A stretch of DNA of 64,000 nucleotides from Candidatus Bathyarchaeota archaeon (GCA_963832745.1 CAWHVC010000003.1:192001-256000), one strand, 5' to 3'. Counted from the first letter of the stretch, positions 49,990 to 59,251 are shown. Notes: generated by a model not told the origin, from the letters alone. Numbers and translations are program-made.

Positions 49990-50409
49990 CTAGGCCGATA
50001 AGAGCGCGGTAGTGGTTTGGGCTTGCACGTATTTTTGGGCTTTCTCTTTTAGGGTTTGGTCTTCTGTTATGAGTTTGATGTTTTTTTGTTTTGCAAAATA
50101 GATGTAGCTTGAATCGTAAAACGAGAGGTTTTCGGTTTTGGCTATTTCCATGATCTGCTGAAAAGTTACGTCTTGATTTAGGATTTTGTCTATTCTCGAC
50201 AGAATGAGTTGAGCAACTTTTTCCAACACTTTTGCTTCTTGCTGGGTTAAGAATTTGGCGATGCCGCTTTCTTTGAGGAGGGCGTTTCCAACTTCATAAA
50301 CGGTTAGGTCTAGGATGAGTGAGTTTTGGAGGTGCTGAAACGTGGTTTGTACGTTTGCTTTTTTGATTAAAAGTATGAATGCGGAGGCGTCGAGTAGGTA
50401 TTGTTTCAT
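49990..50409 (-). CDS. vapC: PIN-domain toxin, VapC family
   Basis: LLDAS, YEVGNAL, LSFYDSSY, LITED. Confidence 0.92.
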   Translation of the reverse strand: MKQYLLDASAFILLIKKANVQTTFQHLQNSLILDLTVYEVGNALLKESGIAKFLTQQEAKVLEKVAQLILSRIDKILNQDVTFQQIMEIAKTENLSFYDSSYIYFAKQKNIKLITEDQTLKEKAQKYVQAQTTTALLSA

Positions 50410-50630
50410 CTTGGGTCTCTTGAGTCATGTATGGCGGTTGCGATTTCGGCGTCTGGGATTTTTTCGAGGACTAATTTCATTTCGCTTATGGCGTTTGATA
50501 GTTCGGCGTTTTCGATTCTGCGGATTTCATCTTCGAGTGCTAGGCGGACGGTTTCTGAGACGTTGATTTTGTGTTGGCGGATTTTGTCTTTGAGCGTTTT
50601 TTCTACTCGGACGGTAATGATTTCTGACAT
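50406..50630 (-). CDS. vapB: Antitoxin, VapB/RHH-like
   Basis: IITVRV...INVSETVR..LE; ATGA overlap with the PIN gene. Confidence 0.85.
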   Translation of the reverse strand: MSEIITVRVEKTLKDKIRQHKINVSETVRLALEDEIRRIENAELSNAISEMKLVLEKIPDAEIATAIHDSRDPR

Positions 50631-50771
50631 ACAAAAAATGTATTACAATTATGTATATAAGCATGCCGTTATACAATAAACGTAAGACAACAACAGTCCA
50701 TCAAAAACCTGCAAAACAACACAACAAACATTAATCCAGCCAAACCCAACCAGTAAACAAAGTGCCAAAAA

Positions 50772-51338
50772 ATGCCAGAAATCGACCACACCCCAGAAAC
50801 CCTACAAAAACTAAAACAATTACTAAACCCACAAAACGACACCTACCAGTTCTTAGGCTTCACCTTCAACCTAAAAACCGCAACCCTAACCAACCACATA
50901 GGCAAAGTCAACCCTGAAGAACTAAGCATAAAACTCTTACCCGCCATACTAAGCCACTACTCCCAAGCCAAACCCGCCCCCTCAATTGGCAACCTTGTAA
51001 AATTCAAAGACTTACCCGGCGGCTACTCCTACGCAGAAGCCTTCACCAAAAGGGCAATTGAACCCGTAGCAAAAACGTTTGGCAACAATCCACAACTCAT
51101 GGTCAAAGCAGCACAACTTTTAGAAGGAAAACCCCTCAAGCTTGGAGACGCTTCCTTTGTTATAGAAGCCTTGAAAGGCATTACGTTAACGTACATTCTT
51201 TGGAGGGCAGACGAAGAGTTCCCTGCAGAAGTTAATATTTTGTTTGATGATTCCGCAAGCAGCTATTTGCCTACGGAAGACTTGGCGGTGCTTGGCGAGT
51301 TAACAACAGTTCGTCTCATTGCAGCAAGCAAACCCTAA
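50772..51338 (+). CDS. DUF3786-like protein
   Basis: FKDLPGG..Y...F..RA, LWRADEEFPA..NILFD, YLPTEDL. Confidence 0.8.
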   Translation: MPEIDHTPETLQKLKQLLNPQNDTYQFLGFTFNLKTATLTNHIGKVNPEELSIKLLPAILSHYSQAKPAPSIGNLVKFKDLPGGYSYAEAFTKRAIEPVAKTFGNNPQLMVKAAQLLEGKPLKLGDASFVIEALKGITLTYILWRADEEFPAEVNILFDDSASSYLPTEDLAVLGELTTVRLIAASKP

Positions 51339-51347
51339 AAAAGTAAT

Positions 51348-51488
51348 TCACCAGCACTGTACCAAACAAATATCCATCCAAACTTTTTCAAAAGCAAGTT
51401 TATGACTGGTTTGGATATGCCTTGTCAATTCTTCAGATTTTGAAAAAACAGCGTTACAGATTGGGCATTCTTTGCCTGATTGTGTCAT
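51348..51488 (-). CDS. 46-aa C2H2 zinc-finger microprotein
   Basis: MTQSGKECPICNAVFSKSEELTRHIQTSH; ATG at 51488. Confidence 0.6.
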   Translation of the reverse strand: MTQSGKECPICNAVFSKSEELTRHIQTSHKLAFEKVWMDICLVQCW

Positions 51489-51604
51489 AAAAAAGAACCC
51501 TAAAAGAGACAGGGATTTTGCCTTTTTACGGTTATGTGATTGCAAGATGGAACAACAAAACGGTTTCTGTGATTCTTGATAAACATAAAATATTTGAGAA
51601 ATAC

Positions 51605-51657
51605 AAGGGGGGCTGGTGTTAATGGTTAAAAATCGAGCCAAAGTTGTAAAAAAGTGA
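51605..51657 (+). repeat. Dispersed intergenic repeat, copy F (degenerate)
   Basis: aaggggggctggtgttaatggttaaaaatcgagccaaagttgtaaaaaagtg aligns to the core of copies B, C and E. Confidence 0.55.
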
Positions 51658-51691
51658 GGAGCAGCCCTTGATAGAGCGTGCCCTTTCGGGT

Positions 51692-52396
51692 TTAGTTTAT
51701 TGTGATTACCACGTTGTCAATGTTGTAGGTTAACTGTGTTTCCCAACGCACAGAAAAGCCCAATGCAACATAGACATCACCTGAAGAGCCAACGTCTACT
51801 TCTTGAGATATACTGTAGGTTTTCCAGCCTGCAACATCATTTGCATTGCCTAACACTTGGAAGTCACCTTCAGTTGAGGGATTTTTGTCTCCGACGTAAC
51901 CCACAACTGCTGCCATGGTGTTGAAGCTTTCATTTTCACTCCAGAAGCTAAAGGTAACGTTAACGTTTCTGGTCTGGTTTGGTTCTAAGTGAAGTTTTTG
52001 TTCAATCCAGACGGTTCCGTCGTCTTGAAGTCCGTCAATGTAGAGCTGAACGGAATGGTTGCCTGTGGAGGAAACGTTTGCTACGGTTGTAACGTTCCAG
52101 TCAACCTGCGCTGGGAGGTCTACATCTGCTGTCCAGTTGCCTAAGCCGTCCTCAAAATCGCTAGTTAGGGTTTGGTTTTGGGTTGGCGTTGGAGTAGGGG
52201 ATGGTGAAGGTGTAGGTGTCGCGGTGGGAGTTGCAGTTGGGCTTGGTGTTGGCGTGGGCGTTGGAGTTGGCGTTTGAGCAAACAAGTCGGGATTAAAGAA
52301 AAATACGCCTGCAACAATAGCTACAACCAAAACCAATGCAGCGCCTATTACAATGATTGATTTAGAGTTCATTATTTTGTCATCCTGTTTTTTCAT
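51692..52396 (-). CDS. Membrane-anchored surface protein with Pro/Thr linker and beta-sandwich-like domain
   Basis: N-terminal TM, (TP)n tract, 'DFEDGLGNW' ... 'YNIDNVVI' jelly-roll-like ends. Confidence 0.8.
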   Translation of the reverse strand: MKKQDDKIMNSKSIIVIGAALVLVVAIVAGVFFFNPDLFAQTPTPTPTPTPSPTATPTATPTPSPSPTPTPTQNQTLTSDFEDGLGNWTADVDLPAQVDWNVTTVANVSSTGNHSVQLYIDGLQDDGTVWIEQKLHLEPNQTRNVNVTFSFWSENESFNTMAAVVGYVGDKNPSTEGDFQVLGNANDVAGWKTYSISQEVDVGSSGDVYVALGFSVRWETQLTYNIDNVVITIN

Positions 52397-52485
52397 AACT
52401 GACTGTCAAAGGGCGGATTTAGCGCTAAGCCTTAGAACATCCTGTCTAACAAATAGAACACAGTAGGCGCTATACAGCTCAAAGC

Positions 52486-52565
52486 TGCAAAACACTAAAA
52501 GGGGGTAGGTCCTATTGGTTGAAAACCACGTTATTAGTATGTTGAAAACAAGTAGTTTAGAAAGA
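52486..52565 (+). repeat. Dispersed intergenic repeat, copy E
   Basis: 25-bp exact match to copy B plus attagtatgttgaaaa. Confidence 0.85.
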
Positions 52566-52632
52566 AACCGACATACAAGAAAAAAGTGCTCTTCCAAACG
52601 GTGTCCTGCTTTGTGAAAACGACCGGCTGGTT

Positions 52633-53724
52633 TTAGAGGGCTTTGGCTTTTTTCTCAATTTTATAAAGCAACGTAGTTTCTCCCAGAATCAACAAAGTGT
52701 CATTTTCCAAAAGGGTAAAGCCGGGGTCAAAGAGGTTAGTCACAACTTTCCCATCTCTAATCACGCCGATGATTGAACCGTATTTGGAGATTTGCTGCAA
52801 ACCCTTCCCAATTAGTGGCGAACCCTTAAAGATGGAGAATTCTGCGATTTCTTTGGCACCGATTTTCTCCGAGAAAACAATACCTACCAGTCCCTTGGTG
52901 ACAGCTGAAAGCGCAAGCAAATGCCCAACAGTGACAGCATCGGGAATAACCATGCTTGCACCCGCCGCCTTCGCCGTGTCAACCAACGTTGGGTCATGAA
53001 CTACACTGATTACGCGGATGTCTTGGCGGACCTTGCGTGTAGTAAGCAGAATGAGCATGTTCTCTGCATCTTGCTCATGAGCTATAACAACCATGGAAGC
53101 CTGATCAATACCAGCGGTTTTGAGAGCTTCAATGGGCTGTGTTTCATATTCAAGCACCACAAAAATGTCCCGTTTAAGCAACTCATTATAGGTGTTGGGG
53201 TCCTTGGTCATTATTACGTAGTCAAAGCCTAATTCTTCAAGCTTTTCAGAAATGTATTTGCCTAAGTGACTGTAGCCAAACACGATTACGTGGTTTTTTA
53301 GTCGCTTCATTAACTGTTTTTGAGCTTCGCTTTTTGCAAGTTTACCGTCAACTAACATGCTAACCATACTCTGAACAATAGAGGCTAACGCTCCAACCGA
53401 TATTATAATCAAGACTATTAAAAGCACTGCTTCATCAGAGTTTAACGTGAAAAAGTTGCCGCCATTTGGAATGAACATGCCAATAGTAGTTATAGTAGAA
53501 ACTGAAGCCAAGAACGCGTTGATAGTTGGCAAATGGTCATAGTAAGAGTAGATGGCTGCGCCGAAAATGAACATTAAAGCGAGGATAAGTACCTGTCGAT
53601 AAACCGCTTTAACGAAAGCTATGGGACCATAGAAGGCTTGATAGAAAACGAAGCTAAATTTACGGGTACGTTTATGAATACGCCCTTTGGTGTGACCCCC
53701 GAAAATAAATTCCTCTTCATTCAT
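52633..53724 (-). CDS. 2-TM K+ channel-like protein with RCK (TrkA-N/TrkA-C) domains
   Basis: TM-pore(STITTIGM)-TM; HVIVFGY..LG RCK-N; SPLIGK RCK-C. Confidence 0.85.
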   Translation of the reverse strand: MNEEEFIFGGHTKGRIHKRTRKFSFVFYQAFYGPIAFVKAVYRQVLILALMFIFGAAIYSYYDHLPTINAFLASVSTITTIGMFIPNGGNFFTLNSDEAVLLIVLIIISVGALASIVQSMVSMLVDGKLAKSEAQKQLMKRLKNHVIVFGYSHLGKYISEKLEELGFDYVIMTKDPNTYNELLKRDIFVVLEYETQPIEALKTAGIDQASMVVIAHEQDAENMLILLTTRKVRQDIRVISVVHDPTLVDTAKAAGASMVIPDAVTVGHLLALSAVTKGLVGIVFSEKIGAKEIAEFSIFKGSPLIGKGLQQISKYGSIIGVIRDGKVVTNLFDPGFTLLENDTLLILGETTLLYKIEKKAKAL

Positions 53725-53818
53725 TCACGCGTCTTCCGATGCTGCCGCTTTTCCGTTTAATTAATTACACTGTTAAATAATGGTTCCTGTTCATAGCAGT
53801 TGACACGTTTGTTTTTAT

Positions 53819-56800
53819 TCATGGCTGCTGGGATTTCACGTAAACCTCAATATTCACTGCCGCCGTTGATTGTCCAATGAAATCCGACAGTTTTCCCGAC
53901 CAGCGAGGAGTTGAGTCTGCCGTGTACCCAACCGTCTGCGAGATTCCCCGCCATAGTAGTGCTTTATCATAGTCTTTAGCATCTTGAGGCATGAATTCAA
54001 AGATGCTACGACTGGCAACGATGACAAGTTTCTTCTTCATGCGGCTGATTGAAACGTTTATGCGGTTAAGGTTAAGGAGAAAATCGCTTTCACTGCGAAC
54101 GTAATCGGGGTCGCTAACAGTTGAGCTGATAATGATGAAGTCTGCTTCGCCGCCTTGATACCGTTCAACAGTATCTACACGGGTTTCACCGTAATCTTCT
54201 GCAAGCATATTCTTGAGCAGGCCTTTTTGGGCGTTATGCGGCGTAATCACACCTACAGCGTCGGGTGAAACACTGCGCACCAACGCGTTAACGATTGAAG
54301 CCTCAGTCAGATTTGACTGAAAACTTTCAGCCTCATCATGCACGATAAGCACAAACACGTTTTCCGGCTCCAAAACCACGCCTAAACCGTCAGTTGAAGG
54401 TTTAGAAGGCTCCAATGTTTCTTTCTGGTCACTGCGAAAATCGATTTTATCTTTTTCGTAAACCCACTCTTTAAGAAAATCAGCTATGACCGAGTGGCAC
54501 CTGTGACTTTCACAGAGCCGTTCTGCGGGGATGTCGGCTGGGTTTTTGCATTTTATCCGTTCAATTCCCAAATCCTCGTTACGAAGTAGGCGAAGGAAAT
54601 CCATTGCTGAGAGGAAACTGGCCATTTCTTCGAGTGTTCGGCGGTCTTCTTTTTCCCAGTTATGAGCGACGATAGGCGGGAGCTGACGGTGGTCACCTGC
54701 AACGAGGATTTGGCTATTTTTGGTCAGGAAGCTGCCGGAGAGGATGAGTTCGGGGAGTCGCATCATACTTGCTTCGTCCACGACTAGGAGGTCAAAGAAG
54801 CCTTCGCCCCAAGGTGGTTCGTTGCCGCCGATTTTCTTCATTAAACCGTACAGTCCTGGTGGGGTTAGGCATAGAATTAAGGGGTCAACAGCCGATGGAT
54901 TAGGCGTTAACGTGGATTGATTCATTAAAAGTCCAGTTAATTCTTCAACTGTACTTTTATCTTCATTATAGTTAACGTAGGTGACGCCTTCAATGGGCTT
55001 TACAGATGCAGTGTTGCTGCTGAGCACTCGGAAAATTCTCAGGTCTTTAAGGTCCTTGCCGCCCGCGTCAATATATTCCTGCCAGCACCGTGCAAGTTTA
55101 GCCACAAACTCTTGAATTGCCTTATGAGTTGGAGCAACCATTAACACGCGACATTTTGAAGCTGCACGGTGAGCAGCTACATGCGCCAAAACCGCCAACT
55201 GCAAAGTCTCAGTCTTCCCAGTACCCGGCGGACCTTGAAGCATAACGATGGGTTCTTTGCCAAACACGCGGTCAACAAAACGTGCCTGCTCCGCTTTAGG
55301 AGGCAAACGCCGTTTCTCCATCCAACCTAAAAAGTTGGAGGCAACTGTTTTTGGCAGGGCAGTATGTGTTGAGTTTGTTTTTTTGCCCGCAAGGTAATCT
55401 GCCAAGAGAAGGTAAAGCACGTTGTTGCCTGAATAATCAAGGCATTTTGCAGCCCTATCCGAAATGATGTCGTCGGCAAGCTCATCAAGGATATAGTAAC
55501 GTCCTTTTTCAAAAAGTTGCAGGTATTTGCCTTTGGCTTTTTCTGGGTCAGTCGTGGGCAGGTTATGCCAAGCACTGTATTTGCTGCCTTTGCCTCTTGG
55601 CCAACTGACAACTTTAATAGCAATTTCAGAACTCTGAACATCCACCTTGTCAACGATGGCGCGAGCGGATTTTTCTACTTCGGAAGGTGAACGTTTTTGG
55701 GCTTCCTCAAATTGGCCTGAAACATTTTTTGATAGTTCTGTTACTACCATCCAGTCGCCAGAACTGGAGCCGTCTGAACCTTTAACTCGGCAAGCGTTAG
55801 CGACACATTCAGCCTTAGGTAACCCGATACCTTCATAGATAAGCTTTCCTTTCACCACAAATTCCTGTTCGAACTCAAAAACGCTTGTACACTGGAAAAT
55901 TAGTGACCTGCCAGAAGCTACCCGCTGATAAGGCAACAACGCATAATGCTGGTACATTTCTTGCCGTTTAGAGAAATACTCCAAATCAAGGAATTCTCGG
56001 CAACTACGTTCAAGAGTAGAAAGCCCCAATGAGAATTCAGCAATTTTTGGAACACCAATCGGCTTCTTACCAAGGCGTCGGTTGCGAATGTTTAGTGACC
56101 GCTCAATATGCTCCAGCGCCAAGCAGATTTTTTGTCCCATCAAATTAAGTTCTTCATCAGTTATGCGGCGAGTCTTTTTTGTGTAATCACACCATTTTCG
56201 TTTCTCCAGTAGAACTTTGGCTTTGCCCTTTTCTTGATAGGTGTCCAATCTGCCTTTGACGCCCCAAATATATTCGATAGGCAATTGGTCGCCGAATCGG
56301 GCGCGTGCCGGGTAATAACCATCTTTATGATACAACTCGTCTCTTAGAAAAACTATGGAACCGTCAGGGTTCCTGTTGAAAGGTAAAGAGTAATTGAATA
56401 AACCGTCACGGAAAACCAAACTCAAATCCACAGATGTTCCGTCTTTACATTTGGCTGTCCAGTTTTTGCGGTCAAAATAGGCAGCTTGCTCAAGAATGGG
56501 TAACAATCCACAACTGTGAAATTTAAGCGCCTTTCGATGCTGCACCTCATCTTGCAAAATAGAGAACATTGGTTGGTCAATAGCCTGCCGCAAACCAAGA
56601 AGATCGCGGACTGCTCTGGCGCTAATAAGTGAGGGCTGACGGCAAACGGCTTTCATTAGAATGTCACGTTCTTGGCGACTGAAAAAATACAGGTGAATAG
56701 GAGCCTCATCTGGGCTGCCTACTTCGTTTGCGACCTTCTGGATTGCTGCACTTAGATCAGTGAAGAAGGCTTCAAGGAGAGTTTTTTCTTCGTCTAGGCA

Positions 56801-58168
56801 AGCTTGATGGTCGTCGGGTAGCATTCGGATAACTTGAGATATGCTTGGGACCTCGCCTCTGTAACGTGTACAGTTAACGCGTGCACTGATAAGGGAGACA
56901 ATGTCAAGCATGTAGTCCCATTCAACAAAAAGGTAAATGCGTATCATGCCATCAGGGCTAAACATTAACGACGTGTCGGCGCCAGTGGAAGGGTTGTCCT
57001 CGGGCAGGCTCCCGTATCCTGTGCCAGTTAACCATGGCATCCAACGGCTTTTGCTTGCACAGGGACTACCAGGGCGGATTCCACTTATCATGTATTGTGA
57101 ACGTTCAATAAGCCAGTCCAGTTTAGGACCAACAATTGGGTCAGTTGAGAGTTCATGAACTTTTTGAGGGTCATTTGCTGGAAGATTTTTGAAATCGTAG
57201 GGGCGCAGGCTGTAGGTATCAAAAACGGGTTTGAGCTTTGCCAAATCCTCGAGCCTGTAGATTCCATGGTGCCCAAGCGCTTTCTGTTCGCCACGGCTTA
57301 GATTTAGCAAGGCGATGCTTTCTTTTTCGACGGCGCAAATTATGCAGCATTCATTAAAGCCGCAGTTGTCACATCTCCAGCATAGTTGAAACTCTACCTG
57401 TTCCAGCGGTGTCTGATGAATACGGTTTAACTCACCATTACCGGCGAGCAGTCGTTCAACATCTTGAATTAATGGGCTTAGTTTGAATTTGGGCAGTTTT
57501 TCGGGGTCAAGACTTTCAAGGCTGGTTTCACGGTTGATTACGCCGCCTTCAATCTCAACATTAGAAATCAAACTGCCAAGCTCTCTTGACAAAAGCAGAA
57601 CATAAATTGCTACTTGAATACGGTGAGCGGTCTGCTCTTTCCATGAGGCTTTTAGTTCAAAAATTCGTACCTTGACTTTGCCGTTTCTTAGTGGCCAAAT
57701 CGCGATTAAATCAGTGATGCCTTTTACATCCCACACGCCAATTGGACCCTTCATGGGCGCTTGGTAAAGCAGCACAGGACGGTTATCGGTTTTTTCGCCT
57801 GCAGAAATTTGGGCTTCAATAATTTGCTTTAACTCGTTTAGGGAGTCAACTGCTTTTTCCCAACCATGCGTGTGAGGGTCATATTTGGTGAAATCATGAT
57901 AGTCAGCGGCTTTTGTTTTTAGTTCGGCGACTTTTTTCTCTTCGAGGGATTTGCCGGCGCCGTAAAGCAAGGGGCTAATAGGTTTGAAGGCTTCGGGCCA
58001 ACTACGTTTTTTGACTTCTTTGCCTTCAAATTTTAGTTTAAAGAAGCGTGGGCAACAGTTGAACCGAATGTATTCTGCTATGCCTGAAGCGGTTAGAGAA
58101 TCGCTGTTTTGCTCTTCTTCCTCGTCGTCAGTAAAAGTGTAGTCCATGTTTATGTCGCCATCGCTCAA
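53819..58168 (-). CDS. Fe-S PD-(D/E)XK nuclease fused to SF1 (Dna2/Upf1-like) helicase
   Basis: CCPR; G..D...ELK...Q...Y; C..CDNC.F..CC; QGPPGTGKT, VDEASM, GDHRQLPP, TVERYQG.E, NRINVSISR. Confidence 0.88.
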   Translation of the reverse strand: MSDGDINMDYTFTDDEEEEQNSDSLTASGIAEYIRFNCCPRFFKLKFEGKEVKKRSWPEAFKPISPLLYGAGKSLEEKKVAELKTKAADYHDFTKYDPHTHGWEKAVDSLNELKQIIEAQISAGEKTDNRPVLLYQAPMKGPIGVWDVKGITDLIAIWPLRNGKVKVRIFELKASWKEQTAHRIQVAIYVLLLSRELGSLISNVEIEGGVINRETSLESLDPEKLPKFKLSPLIQDVERLLAGNGELNRIHQTPLEQVEFQLCWRCDNCGFNECCIICAVEKESIALLNLSRGEQKALGHHGIYRLEDLAKLKPVFDTYSLRPYDFKNLPANDPQKVHELSTDPIVGPKLDWLIERSQYMISGIRPGSPCASKSRWMPWLTGTGYGSLPEDNPSTGADTSLMFSPDGMIRIYLFVEWDYMLDIVSLISARVNCTRYRGEVPSISQVIRMLPDDHQACLDEEKTLLEAFFTDLSAAIQKVANEVGSPDEAPIHLYFFSRQERDILMKAVCRQPSLISARAVRDLLGLRQAIDQPMFSILQDEVQHRKALKFHSCGLLPILEQAAYFDRKNWTAKCKDGTSVDLSLVFRDGLFNYSLPFNRNPDGSIVFLRDELYHKDGYYPARARFGDQLPIEYIWGVKGRLDTYQEKGKAKVLLEKRKWCDYTKKTRRITDEELNLMGQKICLALEHIERSLNIRNRRLGKKPIGVPKIAEFSLGLSTLERSCREFLDLEYFSKRQEMYQHYALLPYQRVASGRSLIFQCTSVFEFEQEFVVKGKLIYEGIGLPKAECVANACRVKGSDGSSSGDWMVVTELSKNVSGQFEEAQKRSPSEVEKSARAIVDKVDVQSSEIAIKVVSWPRGKGSKYSAWHNLPTTDPEKAKGKYLQLFEKGRYYILDELADDIISDRAAKCLDYSGNNVLYLLLADYLAGKKTNSTHTALPKTVASNFLGWMEKRRLPPKAEQARFVDRVFGKEPIVMLQGPPGTGKTETLQLAVLAHVAAHRAASKCRVLMVAPTHKAIQEFVAKLARCWQEYIDAGGKDLKDLRIFRVLSSNTASVKPIEGVTYVNYNEDKSTVEELTGLLMNQSTLTPNPSAVDPLILCLTPPGLYGLMKKIGGNEPPWGEGFFDLLVVDEASMMRLPELILSGSFLTKNSQILVAGDHRQLPPIVAHNWEKEDRRTLEEMASFLSAMDFLRLLRNEDLGIERIKCKNPADIPAERLCESHRCHSVIADFLKEWVYEKDKIDFRSDQKETLEPSKPSTDGLGVVLEPENVFVLIVHDEAESFQSNLTEASIVNALVRSVSPDAVGVITPHNAQKGLLKNMLAEDYGETRVDTVERYQGGEADFIIISSTVSDPDYVRSESDFLLNLNRINVSISRMKKKLVIVASRSIFEFMPQDAKDYDKALLWRGISQTVGYTADSTPRWSGKLSDFIGQSTAAVNIEVYVKSQQP

Positions 58169-58295
58169 ATTTTTTTGCCTCTTTTTTGAAAGGTTAAGGT
58201 GTTGTCTTTAACTAATGTGGAGATTATTGTATTTACCGATAGTTTAAACCTAAGACGCAAAACCAAACACACCGCTGAAAGGAAACAAACTAAAA

Positions 58296-58868
58296 ATGCA
58301 TAAAACAATCAAACCCAGCAAACAGTTAACCTTTGACAGTTTACCCGCCGCACCCACAAAACAAGCCACCAACACAAAACCGGAAATGAAGAAACAAATT
58401 CGTGTAACCCAAATGGAAGCCGAAACAGGAATAGATGAATTAGCAATCAAAATCAGCTTTAAACTTGAACCTTCAAGGTTGAGCTTTTCTAAAGTTAGAG
58501 CCGACCTATTCTTTGAAGATGCCCATATCAGTTCAGTGTTGATTCGAGTACTTCAAGGACCCTTAGCAACGGATGAATCAGAGTACACTTGGATGCTTGA
58601 CACTAAAGGCATAGGTGCTGGCACATACAGGTTACGGGTTGCAATGTACGAGTTGTGGTCTTCGGGGGAACGGTTATGCCAAACCAGCAGCGACGTAACC
58701 GTGGATTATGTGCCGCAAACTCGGCAGTCAAGACTGGTTAAGATTCCAACAGTGATAAGTGTTGCAGGCGCAGACGTAACGGTTATTTCAGGCAAAGAAA
58801 AAGGCGTTTTTTCGGAAATAGAGAAAAAAGCAAAAAATGAGCAGTTAAGCCAAAGAGACAGTTATTAA
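58296..58868 (+). CDS. Hypothetical protein (Ig-like beta-rich core)
   Basis: 190-aa ORF; 'LDTKGIGAGTYRLRV' beta-strand motif. Confidence 0.65.
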   Translation: MHKTIKPSKQLTFDSLPAAPTKQATNTKPEMKKQIRVTQMEAETGIDELAIKISFKLEPSRLSFSKVRADLFFEDAHISSVLIRVLQGPLATDESEYTWMLDTKGIGAGTYRLRVAMYELWSSGERLCQTSSDVTVDYVPQTRQSRLVKIPTVISVAGADVTVISGKEKGVFSEIEKKAKNEQLSQRDSY

Positions 58869-58873
58869 GAGGT

Positions 58874-59251
58874 TTAGAGGATTTCTTTTACTTTTACGCG
58901 GTTACCTTTTTGCTCTTCTTCTTCAATTTTAATTTCAAGCCAACTTCGAACTACATCCTCATTACTTAAACCATGGCTGTGAGGTTCAGGCTGAACATGC
59001 CTTTTTATCATCATAAAACAGGTGTCAGAAATCATCATTTTATAGTTCCCGTTTGGCAAGGTCTTGATGGTTACGTGGCTTTCGTCTGTTGGCAGATTCC
59101 CGTAGGAGCCAGGGTTTTCAATATCTAATTCGCGTTCAAGCCATAACTCTAAAAGTTCAGTGTTTGGACGTTTTGGCTTTTTAATTTGGCTGTTAACGTA
59201 AGTCATGTAGTGTTCTGGAATTGTTAATTCGAATGTTTTCAAAGCGCACAC
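58874..59251 (-). CDS. Hypothetical protein
   Basis: 125-aa ORF, GGTGA upstream, no recognised motif. Confidence 0.6.
   Translation of the reverse strand: MCALKTFELTIPEHYMTYVNSQIKKPKRPNTELLELWLERELDIENPGSYGNLPTDESHVTIKTLPNGNYKMMISDTCFMMIKRHVQPEPHSHGLSNEDVVRSWLEIKIEEEEQKGNRVKVKEIL

Noticed and set aside
52180-52275. Apparent tandem DNA repeat
   Set aside because: Explained by the Pro/Thr linker; codons vary synonymously
52406-52597. 63-aa ORF across repeat copy E
   Set aside because: The frame is not preserved in other copies (variable G-run and indels), so the repeat is treated as non-coding
57300-58168. Cas4 call for the nuclease domain
   Set aside because: It is fused to an SF1 helicase with no cas genes or array nearby; the motifs are shared across RecB/Dna2/Cas4
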